Notes: generated from the letters alone by a model not told the origin. DNA of 64,000 nucleotides from Octopus sinensis (GCF_006345805.1 NW_021831829.1:1194-65193), one strand, 5' to 3'; counted from the stretch's first letter, positions 1 to 12,769 are shown. A program made the numbers and translations.

Positions 1-477
1 GCAGCTCCCGACGAACAGTTTTTGAGGAAACTGGCTTCTCAGGGTGGTCATTGGGAGCTGTACTTTTGTGATCCCTTCTAACAATTCGTATTAGAGTCCG
101 ACGATCCCTATCTGAAAGTTTGGGATCTCTTCCGGAGTTTTATTTCGTCGGGGATATTTCTCCTTATTTTCAAATGCTGTCATTACTTTCAAGAATGTAC
201 TTCTTGATGCACCAAACATTTCGGCTATTCTCGTTACGCTAGAGCCTGTCATACGAGCACCAACAATTTGACCTCTTTGAAAGTCCGATAGATCTGTCAT
301 TTAAGGAATTTTAATTACCTTTTTCTGATGATATCTGAAAAAAACAGCAATTTTAGCAAAACAATATTAAGCAACACTAATAATAAATCAAAAAACGTAA
401 AAAATAAACAAGCTCTTGACAATTTTCAAATTTATGATGCTATGATGTTAGGTGTTTCGATTATTTTGTCCTACCCC

Positions 478-479
<2 letters not shown>
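1..479 (-). mobile_element. Tc1-like DNA transposon, 5' part (TIR and N-terminal transposase, frameshifted)
   Basis: ORF 91-300 MTDLSDFQRGQIVGARMTGSSVTRIAEMFGASRST is a Tc1-type paired/HTH N-terminus. The minus strand starts TA-TAGGGGTAGGACAAAATAATCGAAACACC at 481-451, a Tc1-type TIR next to a TA site. Confidence 0.8.
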
Positions 480-480
<1 letters not shown>

Positions 481-520
<40 letters not shown>

Positions 521-870
521 TATGTGTGTATGTATAAGTATATGTATATATATATATATATACATATGTATATACATACGTACATATATATATATAATAT
601 ATATATAATACATATGTATATATACGTATATATATATATATATAGATAGATAGATAGATATGCATACAGAAGTATATGTTTATGCTTATATATATATATA
701 TATGTACATACATGAATATGTATATATATATATATGCATATATGTGTGTGTTTATATATTATGTGGGCATATACATATATACATATGTATATATTTAAAT
801 ATAATATGTATATACATATATACACACACACACGCATACACATACACCAACACACACACTGATGTCTACA
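481..870. repeat. Compound microsatellite (TA)n/(TG)n/(GATA)n
   Basis: Directly visible; explains the YI/CV/HT-rich ORFs here. Confidence 0.95.
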
Positions 871-3186
871 TGCATGGGTACAAAGATAAAAGGCATATTG
901 GAAATTCTCTTCGGCTAATTAGTCCGACTTGTATTAGGCTATTGAATGGAAATGAGAAAGTTGTAAGGTTTGCCTTTGCGAATCAATAACATCTGACAAT
1001 ATCAACTCAGAATATATCAAAGCCTGCCACTACTCCTTTTGATATTCGTGTATCTCAACACAAACGGTTTGTATTGAAGGGAAATCTTGTTTACATATAC
1101 ATCATGAATTCGCTGGTCATGGTTGTAAAGAAACATGCGATACACAGGTCATCTCTTGTTGAAATTATTGACGTATCTCACATATATCTTCTCTAGTCAT
1201 TAGTAACAAAAGAAGGTGTCCTCAGTGGTCGCGTTGATCTAGAGATTTACTGGAAATTATAATTCTCTTCAAAAGCCGCAGAAACTCTTACTTCAAAGCA
1301 TTCTCTTCACTAATTCATGTCTTGGTTCTGGTCGAGAAGAAAGTATTTCCATCTGTGACCAACCTGAAAGTTATTTCAGCTGTGACCACCCAAGTTTCTT
1401 TCATTTTTCAATAAAATTTTCCATTGTGCATCCGTTCTTCTTATGCAACAGTTGATTATGATTTAAAGAACTTACTATCTTCAGGAGATAATCTTTCGCA
1501 CCCCAATTATAAAGGATTTCTTGTAAACCTATATGCATTGTTAGAAGCTTTCTTTCCTTCCCTTTTCTTTCGCATTTTACTGAAGAAGTTACTGTTATTT
1601 CTAGCACAGAGATCAACCAGAAAAGGTTTTTTCGTCGGCTTTTTAATTGCACTCAGTAAACTGTAGAATGGTCTTTCACTTTTTTATATGCATTGAAGCC
1701 ATTTCGTGAGATGATGTATATAATGTGTTTTCCATCACCACTTTTAGAAACTGGTTCTTGGGGATATTGTAATTATATTGTTGAAAACGGTGTAGTAGCG
1801 TTCATTTTAAATCCATCGTTATCTGTACGAGGGTCGTTTCTTATTTTGTGTCATCAGTTGTGGCACTGTAGGTATAGCAATGATATCATGCAAAGTGGTC
1901 TCTCTTTCAGGACAATCCTCCTTGGTCGAACAAGTAACAAGATGTGTGCGCAATGATAAACTACTGCTTAATTAACAAGTTAGATATATGCACTATAGCC
2001 TACGTAGTGTATCAAATAGTCTGTAATAAATGAATTGGTATTTACGTTTGAAGCTTACCGCAAAACGTCATATCTGCATTAACTAACACATGCAGAAAGG
2101 TCCTTCATCTAAGAAACACGTGAGAGAACGTCGTATCCAAGGTATCATTTTAGCCATCAAGTCAAAAAAACGGAATATTGGTAGTTTGCAGATTAAAGAG
2201 GATACTGCCATTACAAACGGAACTTCCTATTAGAAACAGAAAGGACCTACGGAGATCGGATTGGTTAAACCACAACAATATCACCCAGCACATATCGTAT
2301 TCTCCTCCAGCGTATCTAGGCAAAAATATACCAGTTGGTCAATATCACCTATTTTCTTTTGATAAAATATTTTAAGCCTCAAATTTCAAAATATGAAAGA
2401 TAAAATGTGAACTGCTGTTTTATTTTCCGTACTTCAGTTTCATTCTTATTTCGATTTTGAGTTCCTCCAGATTTAAGTCAATATCAGCTACTATATTTAT
2501 CATTCAATGTTAAGCCAAACTGCACCGATGTTATGTATATTTATATGTGTCTGTCAGCAGGTGAATCATCCAGTCCTTTAAATCTCGTTTCACTACAAAC
2601 GTACGTACATTTTGAACTTATTTGGATTCTACCAAAACAACTTTACCACTCTAACATATGGATTAGGATGGCAATTCAGTTTTTTACACCATAGGAAAAA
2701 ATTAAGACAGCTGATCAAAGATACTGATGATAGTTATCAGTTTCTCCTCAAATCCTGAAAATATGCAAACGATAAAAAAATCTATTAAAGTTGCTTAATA
2801 AACATGTCTCGTTCTAATTATGGAAATTATGCTGTAGAGTATTTGAGGTAAGGCATAGCAGAGAGGGCAAAGCAGTGACGATCAGCAATAACACTTGGGA
2901 TTGGAAGAAGGTGATATTCATTATCTAATTAGGGATACAGGAAATATTCAGAATTCATTCCATGTCAATGTCGAGACTAACATCAATAGACTCTTCATTA
3001 GACACAGTCAGTTCAGCGAGAGATGCCGTACAAAAATTGAATTGACTTGCGTTTTCCAGACTGTTTCAGAAAAGCAATCCTAATTTCGAATCACGCATGA
3101 AAATTACAAAACATATAATAGCACTATATCATTATTTGCGAAGTTTAAACTAAGCAATCGATCTTTCCTGCCCTTTTCCTTTTCAT

Positions 3187-4260
3187 TACAGGGTGGGGTG
3201 AATAAATTACAGTAACATCTTATTTTAACAGATATATTTACCAAAATTATATAAAAATATCTTGAAATAATAAGAAGTAAATTTATTTAATAAAATCGAT
3301 ATTGACAACTACAGCCTCAGACGCCTTCGGAATCTCCTGAAACTCTTCTGGACTATCTTCTTGTTTAATTTGGTGAATGCTGCCATAATCTTTACCTTCA
3401 GTCCGTTTTTGGTGCTACAAGGAGTTTTGTTGGTCTCTCGCTCGACGGCGTCCCACACGTAATAATCAAGAGAATTGCATTTTAGAGAGTTAGGTGGCCA
3501 GATATTACGGGTGATGTAGTCACAGACATGACTGGGTTCTCTTGCTTGTGTGGCATGGTGCAGATTCCTTTTGTCAGAAATAGGTCCTTCTAGTAGCCAA
3601 CCTTTTAACTCAGAACAGCGCTTCCTCACCTAGGCATTTGCTGTAGGTCTCCGTGTTGAGTCTGAGGCCGTATGGGAAAGGTGAATGGAGGCTGAACGTC
3701 GCCATCACTAGTGATCACTCCAAACCCCATGATATTGACTGGATATTTGATTTTTATCACTCTTGGTACATATTGTGGGGAGACGGCAAGCCAACGCTTA
3801 TTCTGTGTGTTCACCATCTGATCCTGGCAGAAATGTTCCTTGCATGAGAAAAATCAAAACATGTTCGGCTGGAAAGGATGCTTGAGCTTGTTCAAAAGCT
3901 TCGTAACACGGTCTTTCCTCTTATCTTTGATGACTTGGGTTAAAAAGTGGCCTTTTTTCAACTTGAATTCCTTAGTGAATGTCTTATGCTCTAAGAAAAC
4001 AAACATTTAGATGCTCCCTGGCGAGGGACCTGACTGACTTGGAAGGATCATTGTGAATCAGGGCCTTTTCTCACCAACAAATTCAGGAGTTCTTTTCTTA
4101 TCAGAATGATCAGCATGAGATTTCCCAGCTGCCGTACCTTCTTTATCACCGTTAGACTCATCCAACTATTTGCGACTCTTTTGCACTATCCTCAGCTTGA
4201 CACCCAAACGTTCTGAAATGTCCGTATTACAGCTAAAGAAAAAACATATACCTGACGTAA
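3187..4260 (-). mobile_element. Decayed Tc1/mariner transposon (maT/DD37D-like)
   Basis: Minus-strand frames give KKGHFLTQ..KRKDRVTKLLNKLKHP..FFS..FCQDQMVNTQNKRWLA, KYPVNIMGFGVITSDGDVQPPF and WPPNSLKCNSLDYYVWDAVERE, with stops and frameshifts. The end reads TACAGGGTG at 3187. Confidence 0.8.
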
Positions 4261-4600
4261 AAAGACGCAATAGTTACAGCGACCAGCAATCAGGCAACAA
4301 GCAAACCGTGGCTGGTAATCGAAATCATGACTGGTAATCGAGGTAATCAAAGGTGAGGTAACGCATAACTAACGTGCAAAGCACTATTGAAACATATGCC
4401 TATCGATCTAAAATGGCTCAAATCCTTTTCTTCCCAAATTTCGTCTTACTTTGTAGAATTCGGTCAAACATTAATATCACTTACATTTAGAATGTTTCCG
4501 AGCATATATCAAATGCAACAAGGACGACAAACTTTCTTTAAGTTTATAAAATACTTCTCCTCTCTGCCTCGGGCCGAATACATACACCAATATTAAGAAA

Positions 4601-5036
4601 TGTCAGGGTTTACATTAAATAGCACTCAAATAACGCTCAATGTGAATACAATTGCCAATGTTATGAACTCCCAGTGTACGACTGTCAGCGTTATTTACAT
4701 TAGCGTAACTCACGTTCGTTCATACGAATACGTTTCGTACGAAAATTATCATATCTCAGGTTAGGTTTTCAGACGTGAATGCATTCTTGTTTTCCGCCGG
4801 GATAACTAAGATATCATATGTGAGTAGAATTTTACCCTCTAAAATCGATACAACAAAAGGAAATGGGAATTGAATAAACCACTCCAGACGAAATATAGCA
4901 ATCAAAATATCAGGTTGTTTCTGCAAAAGCACATCGCCGAGAGCCTCTATTATATATAAACGTCGTTACTTGTTTAAAAGTTATCAGATAAATAAATATA
5001 ATCACAATATATTACATCATATCATATTCTGAAATA
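4601..5036. repeat. Segment X, copy 1 of a roughly 435-bp direct repeat (copy 2 at 8673-9122)
   Basis: gtttacattaaatagca...catattctgaaata is near-identical in both copies; copy 2 has a short insertion after tgtcagggt. Confidence 0.9.
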
Positions 5037-5051
5037 AAAAGTAAAAACATT

Positions 5052-5470
5052 GGATCTTTTCGGTTTGAACGGCAGTTTTTTCTAGCAGTGTCATATGAAA
5101 TAGTCACCCATACTTCTGACCCTAGTATCGATCTATTGCATTTCAATCTGTTTTAGGGTTAGGGTTAGGGGTGGGGGGAAGGGTATCTTTTTTTTCTTCA
5201 CAAATGTAAATAAACCCAATCTGTTTCTTAAACGAGGGACATATTCATACGGCACAGAATGCTTTTTAACTCAATAGATGTCATTGATTGGTGGAAATTG
5301 CAGAAACTGAAGAAAAAAAACAACAAATATATTACAAACTACAGAATTTTCGCAAGAAAGCCAAGAGAAAACGATGTTTTATAAACACATTCTACCAGTA
5401 TACGAAGTTTAAAAGTGTTTAGTTACGTGGAAATTATTTTAAAAAACTTTCGGTCAAACCGAAAAGATCC
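5052..5470. mobile_element. MITE with roughly 30-bp GG-starting TIRs and 8-bp TSD (Merlin-like)
   Basis: TIRs GGATCTTTTCGGTTTGAACGG / CGGTCAAACCGAAAAGATCC. AAAACATT is duplicated at 5044-5051 and 5471-5478. Contains (TTAGGG)3. Confidence 0.85.
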
Positions 5471-5614
5471 AAAACATTATTTATAAGATTACATTATATT
5501 TGCAAGTCCATCATGTTGAACAGTGTAATTAAAATATATATTTGTAAGTATTCAAGGATGCAAGACCGTATTGCTAAGAAGCTCACTTTACAAATACTCG
5601 GTTTTCTACTCACT

Positions 5615-6080
5615 CCCACTGCGTGACACATTCGGCAAATGTCTTCTACTATAACGCCGGGTCGATACATGCTTTGTGAATGTATTTGGTCGACGGAAAC
5701 TCAGTGAAAGTCCGTGGTGTATATATGTGTGTGGGGTGTTTGTTTGTGTGTGGGTGCGTGCTTGTATGTGCGTGTGTACGTGTGCGTTTGCGAGTGTGTG
5801 TGTGAGTGTGTGTATGTGTGTGTGTGTGTGAGTGTATGTGCATATGTACAACGTTTGTAAACCCACAAAGCATTCGTCTCTGTGTTTGCTTTTGTTCCCC
5901 TTCATCGCTCGGTAGCCGGTGCCGGTTCGTTTACGTCCCCGTAACCTAGGTTTTCGAAAAAAAAAAGACAGCTAGGGAATAAATACCAGAGTTTAAAGAA
6001 ATACGTGTTAGGAATCAATTTGTTGGACAAAATCTTTCAAGGTGATGCCTCGGCATGGTCGTTGCTAATGAAAGAAGCAA
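5615..6080 (+). mobile_element. SINE family B/C (5'-truncated, internal TG microsatellite)
   Basis: ccactgcgtgacacattcggcaaatgtcttctactata matches the B core at 13500 and 14430; the tail gtttacgtccccgtaac matches 15050-15080 in reverse. Confidence 0.7.
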
Positions 6081-6219
6081 AAGTTAAAATACAAACGACA
6101 CCTGCGAATTCATTATTAAACCGATATAAAACAAGCATTACTCTGCATGCCAGAAGCTGTTACCTGAAGAGCCGAACAATTGAGTCATTTCGAAACGAAA
6201 TGAATTTTTTTCATTGCTA

Positions 6220-6857
6220 CCACGAAGTAAAGAGCTTTGTGAAGCAGAGTCTACTAGTTTAGACGTAGAATGTTCTATTATAATTCCACGACATCCCAAA
6301 GCGTGCAGATGATATCATGTTGACAGAAACTATGAAGAAGCCCGTTAGACAAATAGAGCCCCTTATTTTGATGCTATATGTAGCGGAATCGCAGCGCCCA
6401 CCATTATTTTTCGGATCCTCCAAAATAAGCATTTCTCTGCATCCAAGATGCTATTGCCTGAAGCACTGGGCCACTGCATCATCTCGAAAGGATATGAATT
6501 TCCACTACCTCAGTAGTGGAAAAGCAACGCACACCTTTATTTTTCAGATCCTCCATGCTGACTGGTAGCGAGGAAGTAAAATAGGAATGTATTCGCAGCA
6601 CATTGAGATTTGACCCGTATGCTTGTACAAGCAGGACACTGTCAAATATACCCTGGAATTTGATAGTGGAGAAGAGTTAAATCGGGCAAAGTATTATACA
6701 TAGCATCAAAATAAGGGACTCTATTTATCTAATGGGATTCTTCATAGTTTCCGTCAACATGATATCATCTGCACGTTTTGGGATGTCGTGGAATTATAAT
6801 AGAACATTCTACGTCTAAACTAGTAGACTCTGCTTCACAAAGCTCTTTACTTCGTGG
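6220..6857. mobile_element. Foldback/MITE with roughly 165-bp inverted arms, flanked by TA
   Basis: The arm 6220-6383 is the reverse complement of about 6697-6857 with few mismatches; TA lies at 6218-6219 and 6858-6859. Confidence 0.8.
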
Positions 6858-7134
6858 TACCTTTACTCTGTCTCTTCTGATATGTCACCCTGCATTTTTT
6901 TTTCATATTATTTCTTTCCCCGGGAATCTACAATATTCTCTATGAACAGTCTTTTTTCTTCAATGTATTTCTCTGGAATTTTTTCCCCCATCACTTGCTT
7001 TTTCGGCACCCACCCACAAATATTATATCAAGTAGAAAATTAACATTTTCTAGTCGGGTGAGCTTCTGAAGTCCAGGGACAAACCTGTGAATCCAAAGAA
7101 ACCAAACCATTGAAATATCAACCAAAATATACCG

Positions 7135-7200
7135 CAATCTGAGATCGAACTCTAAATTTCGTGATTGCGGTGCAAAGCTCTTTACCACTCACCAATCATT
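7135..7200 (-). mobile_element. Degenerate tRNA-derived SINE head
   Basis: The minus strand has TGGTGAGTGG (A-box-like) and GAGTTCGATCTC (B-box-like). Confidence 0.4.
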
Positions 7201-8672
7201 TATCTATTGACCGTCTCTCTAATTCACACTTGTAGTCTGAGGTTACACACTCAGTAATGATTATATACATGAGAAACGTTTATATTTTATGAGTTGCTAT
7301 ATCGCTGGTTTTATTGTTCTTCAAAGCCGCAGTTCTACGCTGCTGATCACTGTAATGTCATGTTGCATACCTATCATTGTTAATAATCGAAAGTCGAAAG
7401 TCGTAATCAGCATCATAAATGTTTCGTTTTAAACATTAGGATAATGCGTTGCATATTGCAAAATGTGTAGATTTCAGTGGCCAAATATGGGAGTGTTTAA
7501 TTATTCACACATGAAGTATAACCGGCGCTATCTAGAAGAGTTTAAAGGAAATTAATTAGTAAACGAAGATTTAACAGGATGTTTGAATTGTGAATTCGTT
7601 CATTTCTTCAGTTATTACAATCGGCTTCCCTTCCGTTGTTGCAGAATCCAACTCGAAATTCGTAAATTATTGTTTTTCTATCATCTTGTAATGTATATTA
7701 CAGTAGATAGCCTAATGGTTCAAATCAAGTAATTAAACTGTTGTTATGACGACTACTGAGGCGTCAAGGATATACTGGATCACAGTCAACCCAGCTGCTA
7801 CACAACATCTACCAACTATAGGAATGATGGATCAAAGCTCAGCTGCGGCTACACAACAATTACTCGTGTACCATAATTTTGCTGGATCGAATGAGATCTG
7901 CGGCTAGATACTAATATCTACCAACCACATGAGTGTTATATCGTATTTGATCCAAAGCAATACATCTACAACTACTTGTCACGGGACTTTCCGATGAAAA
8001 CTAACCTTGATCTGAACGATCTCAGCGAATCTCGGGTTAAACAATTCTAATATCTCCAATAAGTCTGCTGAATAACAAATGATCCTGTTATTATACAACA
8101 AAAATAGTTACACATATTACAATGTGGTTATGATGGATTTTGTTTACTTTTAAATGAAATAAATAATTGTAATATGTTAACGTCACACCACAAGTTCCAG
8201 TCCTTGTCGCGATGCGGTGATTTGTGTCCCTCATAGAACTATGCCACCGGAACACAAGTTCCTAGTAGAGCCTTTCTGGTTGAAATAGTCAAAGGATAGG
8301 AGTCAGTTTAATATGTACCGCCCCAACCCAGAGATAAAAATGGATTTGTTTAGAAGCAACTCCCATATTTAGAAAGAACAAAGTTACAAACATGACGATG
8401 ATAATTGAAAACCAACAAAACCTGGGCGAGCACCCCCCAGGACAGAAAAGGCAGTTCTAGCCGAGAGCATCAGCCCATGGTTCACAGTAAGTGAATGGCA
8501 TAAACAAACATATGTTGACTTCAAAAGATAATATATTTATGCGAAAAATGTAATGATATGGAAAAAAACCGCTATCGTTCGAAGACATTCTTTCATGCAA
8601 ATGCATTCTCGATAAGGAACATTTTGCTAAAAAATCGAAAGAGTGGAATTTTTTTTTTTTTTTACCCGCAAT

Positions 8673-9122
8673 TGTCAGGGTACAACTGATGTCTTTGTTT
8701 ACATTAAATAGCATTCAAATAACGCTCAATGTGAATACAATTGCCAATGTTATGAACTTCCAGTGTACGCCTGTCAGCGTTATTTACATTAGCGTAGCTC
8801 ACGTTCGTTCATACGAATACTTTTCGTACGAAAATTATCATATCTCAGGTTAGGTTTTCAGACGTGAATGCATTCTTGTTTTCCGCCGGGATAACAAAGA
8901 TATCATATGTGAGTAGAATTTTACCCTCTAAAATCGATACAGCAAAAGGAAATGGGAATTGAATAAACCACTCCAGACGAAATACAGCAATCAAAATATC
9001 AGGTTGTTTCCGCAAAAGCACATCGCCGAGAGCATGTATTAAATATAAACGTCGTTACTTGTTTGAGAGTTATCAGATAAATAAATATAATCGAAATATA
9101 TTGCATCATATATTCTGAAATA
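8673..9122. repeat. Segment X, copy 2
   Basis: Direct repeat of 4601-5036. Confidence 0.9.
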
Positions 9123-9330
9123 TTGTTATATTTTAAAATTAGCACTGATATACTCAATATCTCGCTTCTTTTTCGAACAAGTCATGGTACTATTTTAGGG
9201 ATATTGAGTAGCTATATCTAGTTGCTGCTAGAGGAAGGTAGAGTAGAGGCTCTGGTGCTCACTATGCACGTTATCATCATTGCCACCGCATATATATATA
9301 TAAGGTGTCTCTCCAGGCCACTTCCTTGCT
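9120..9330. repeat. Segment Y, copy 1 (copy 2 at 12854-13063, overlapping the Helitron relic)
   Basis: atattgttatattttaaaattagcact...ccaggccacttccttgct is near-identical in both copies. Confidence 0.9.
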
Positions 9331-10089
9331 ACTTCTATTTATCCCAGAGAGAAGATGAAAGTAAACTATAAATGTATTACTTTGAATACAGACTGTCGCG
9401 GGCTAATACAGAAGTTATTCTATTGTATAGAAATTATTGCAGAAAGACAGCTTTTGTACAGAAAATACATCCTGGACGCTGGGAGAGAGAAACGGAATTT
9501 TTAAAAAGAACTAAAACTAAAAAAATAAATCCAACAGAAAAATAGAAACTAAACGTGCGGGCTACTGTACGACTGCCCTTGTGAAGAAGAAATTTACTAT
9601 TAAAAGATAACCCATACCATGAGAAAAAATCTAGGGCCTATGTGGTGGAACTAACCCCCGAAAATTAAATTCACAGTTATTCACAGTTATTTAGAAGAAA
9701 ATCCTAATGCAGTGTGGATCGAGAACACTACGGGATCATATATTAAACGGCACAAAAAAAGGTGAGAATAATATTTTTAATTTCTATCAACATTGCAAAA
9801 TATGTTATTGGAGCGATACATTATAATATTCAAAACTAGATAACTTTACGGAATATTTAGTAATCTCCAATCGTAAACTTTATTATGATGAAGTGTACCC
9901 CGGGTGTTTACGCTAGAATGGAGGACTGTTATTAAAGGAGGTGCTGATGAAATTTAACATATTTTTTTTGTTTTAGCATAATATCACCGATGGATGTGCT
10001 TCAACTCATTTTCGTCTGCTATATTGCAGCCATATTGCATTTGTAGAACCCCTATAGCAGAGTTCACTTGAATGGGAAAGAAGTAATAA

Positions 10090-10538
10090 GGCGACGTGCT
10101 GGCAGAAGCGTTAGCACGCCTGACAAAATACGTAGCCGTATTTCGTCTGCCATTACGTTCTGAGTTCAAATGCCCCCGAGGTCGACTTTGACATTCATCC
10201 TTTCGGGGTCGATAGATGAAGTACCAGTTACGCACTGGGATCGATGTAATTGACTTAGCCCTTTACCTGTCCTTGTTTGTCCCCTCTGTGTTTAGCCCCT
10301 TGAGAGCAATAAAGAAACAGGAATCGTTAGCACGACGGGCGAAATACGTAGCCGTATTTCGTCTGCCGTTACGTTCTGAGTTCAAATGCCCCCGAGGTCG
10401 ACTTTGACTTTCATCCTTTCGGGGTCGATAAATTAAGTACCAGTTACGCACTGGGATCGATGAAATCGACTTAATCCGTTTGTCATGTCCTTGTTTGTCC
10501 CCTCTATGTTTAGCCCCTTGTGGGTAATAAAGAAACAT
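10090..10538 (+). mobile_element. SINE family A1, head-to-tail dimer
   Basis: Head ggcgacgtgctggcagaagcgttagc, B-box GAGTTCAAAT, core ctttgcctttcatcctttcggggtcgat, tail gtttagccccttgtggg. The second unit starts at 10321. Confidence 0.9.
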
Positions 10539-11062
10539 AATGTGAAAGAACTAGACACTAGGATCGAACTGAAAACCCACGATGTGAAGCAGACTGTGAT
10601 GTGTCTACATTATATTTCTAGAATTTAATGGAATGGAAATCTCACAAGAATAATAAGAAAAACATCTTGTAAATAATCTTAGGCTTGATTTCTGAACGGA
10701 AATCGATTGTCTAAGATACGTTCGGTTTATTTAGGTCATGTTTCAACGTGGCGTCATATTCCTTCACCAAAACTTCATTTCGTAGGTCTCATTAATATTA
10801 GCGATACCAGATACGAGAAATTCATAGAAAGTGAATATTCAGTTTCAGGCGAATAATAACATAACATATCGAAGGTTATATTCACATATATATAACTATA
10901 TTTGAAAACATTTAGGTTTTACTGCCAACCATATTTGACCTATAAAATCTACAACAATGTAAGAAAACCAGTTCACTGTTTTGGTTTCCATTGTTTCTCT
11001 CAGATTTATAGACTCCTTGAATATTTTGCAATCAAAAGACTGTATCATTATTCGTAAATAAA

Positions 11063-11482
11063 GGCGGCGAGCAGGCAGAATCGTTAGCACGCCGAGCGAA
11101 ATGAGTAGCCGTATTTCGTCTGCCGCTACGTTCTGAGTTCAAATTCCGCCGAGGTCGACTTTGCCTTTCATCCTTCGGAGTCGATATATTAAGTAACAGT
11201 TACGCACTGGGGTCGATATAATCGACTTAATCCATTTGTCTGTCCTTGCTTGTCCTGTCTGTGTTTAGCCCCTTGTGGGTAGTAAAGAAACAGGTATTTC
11301 GTCTGCCGCTACGTTCTGAGTTCAAATTCCGCCGAGGTCGACTTTGCCTTTCATCCTTTCGGGATCGATTAAATAAGTACCAGTTACGCACTGGGGTCGA
11401 TATAATCGACTTATTCCTTTTATCTGTCCCTGTTTGTCCTCTCTGTGTTTAGCCCCTTGTGGGTAGTAAAGAAATAGGTATT
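11063..11482 (+). mobile_element. SINE family A1, head-to-tail dimer
   Basis: Same family; the second unit restarts at GGTATTTCGTC (about 11293). Confidence 0.9.
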
Positions 11483-12095
11483 TTTATTCCTAAATGTTTA
11501 GCAAAAGCATAGACGTATTCTTCTATCACATTTGGAATTTTGCATGTAAAATTAGTTATATATCTATAGGACTAGGCATCCTTAACTTGTATTTGATTAT
11601 TGCTGTTATTTCAGAGACAGCGCATTATAGAATGCGTGATAGCATAACAACTTCGAAAAAGATTTAGCCATTTCTTGTAGGTTCCCCTGTAATCGAATGC
11701 TTTTAATAGATAGAAGTTGACCTGAACAAGATTTAAAGCGGTTTTTGCGATCCATGCTTCGATATTAACCTAATTACAACCTCTGTGTTAGCGGAGGTTT
11801 TAATATGCAACGTTTAAACGTTGTGTCTGTGTTAGTTATTGTCTCATAAAATTAAGCTGCGGAACACAATACATAAAGCGCAAATGACAACTACTACTTG
11901 GTTATATTGTAAGAAGTAACATCAGCATTAATCAGTTGCATTTAATATGAATTTCTATGGCAGCGTCTGTTTACACAAACTCAAAGAGTGTTTATATTTC
12001 TCCAATATATTTCTCCTATGTATTGACGTCATCGAAACAAGAATAGGTTCATAGCAACTGTGAAGGCATATACGCTCATGGAGATTTATCTAATA

Positions 12096-12493
12096 CTAGC
12101 AGTATCGCCCGGCGTTGCTCGGGTTTGTAAGGGAAATAACTATATAAGCATTTTTAGAGAGTTATAGCAAAAAAATAGCAAAAAATGCATTAAAAATGGA
12201 AAAAAAATATTACGGTAATTTTTTTTTAAATCGTTGACTCATCGTAGACATTTTTAGAGAGTTACTTCCCTTATATAATAACGAAAAAAATGCATTAAAA
12301 TGGAAAAATGATGGTAATTTTTTTTTAATCGTAGACTCATCGTAGACGCGCGCTAATACCCAGAAGGGCTCGATATGAATCACGACTATAAGACACCCGG
12401 TTTTGGTTAAACTGCACCGCAAAATGTGGGAGTAGTTAGGAATCTAAATCGTAGGAGACAGACAGCACACAACCTCTCTTTTATATATAAAGA
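12096..12493 (-). mobile_element. Non-autonomous Helitron
   Basis: The minus strand begins TC (12493), ends CTAG (12096), sits between A and T, and has a subterminal hairpin CCCGAGCAACGCCGGG. A near-identical copy lies at 49387-49785. Confidence 0.85.
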
Positions 12494-12534
12494 TATTGAA
12501 GTATGAAAAACAATGTATATCAACACAATATATA

Positions 12535-12769
12535 CCTATTTCTTTACTACCCACAAGGGGCTAAATATAGGGAGGACAAACAAGGACAGACAAATGGATT
12601 AAGCCGATTACATCGACCCCAGTGCGTAACTGGCACTTAATTCCTCGACCCCGAATGGATGAAAGGCAGAGTCGACCTCGGCGGAATTTTAACTCAGAAC
12701 GTAGCGGCAGACGAAATACTGCTAAGCATTTCGCCCGTCGTGCTAACGTTTCTGTCAGCTCGCCACCTT
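12535..12769 (-). mobile_element. SINE family A1 monomer
   Basis: Reverse complement of the A1 consensus; the tail ends GTAGTAAAGAAATAGGTAT. Confidence 0.9.

Noticed and set aside
990-1140. GIY-YIG-like words (RVSQHK here; RLRITQHQEAI at about 45260)
   Set aside because: Too short and degenerate to call Penelope endonuclease relics without a profile search.
2895-3083. Cadherin-like look of GDIHYLIRDTGNIQNSFHVNVET
   Set aside because: Lacks the DxD, LDRE and AxDxG calcium motifs, has an in-frame stop just upstream and no convincing splice sites; probably chance.
8400-8495. Possible exon ending CA|GTAAGT
   Set aside because: No good acceptor with an open frame, and no recognisable peptide.
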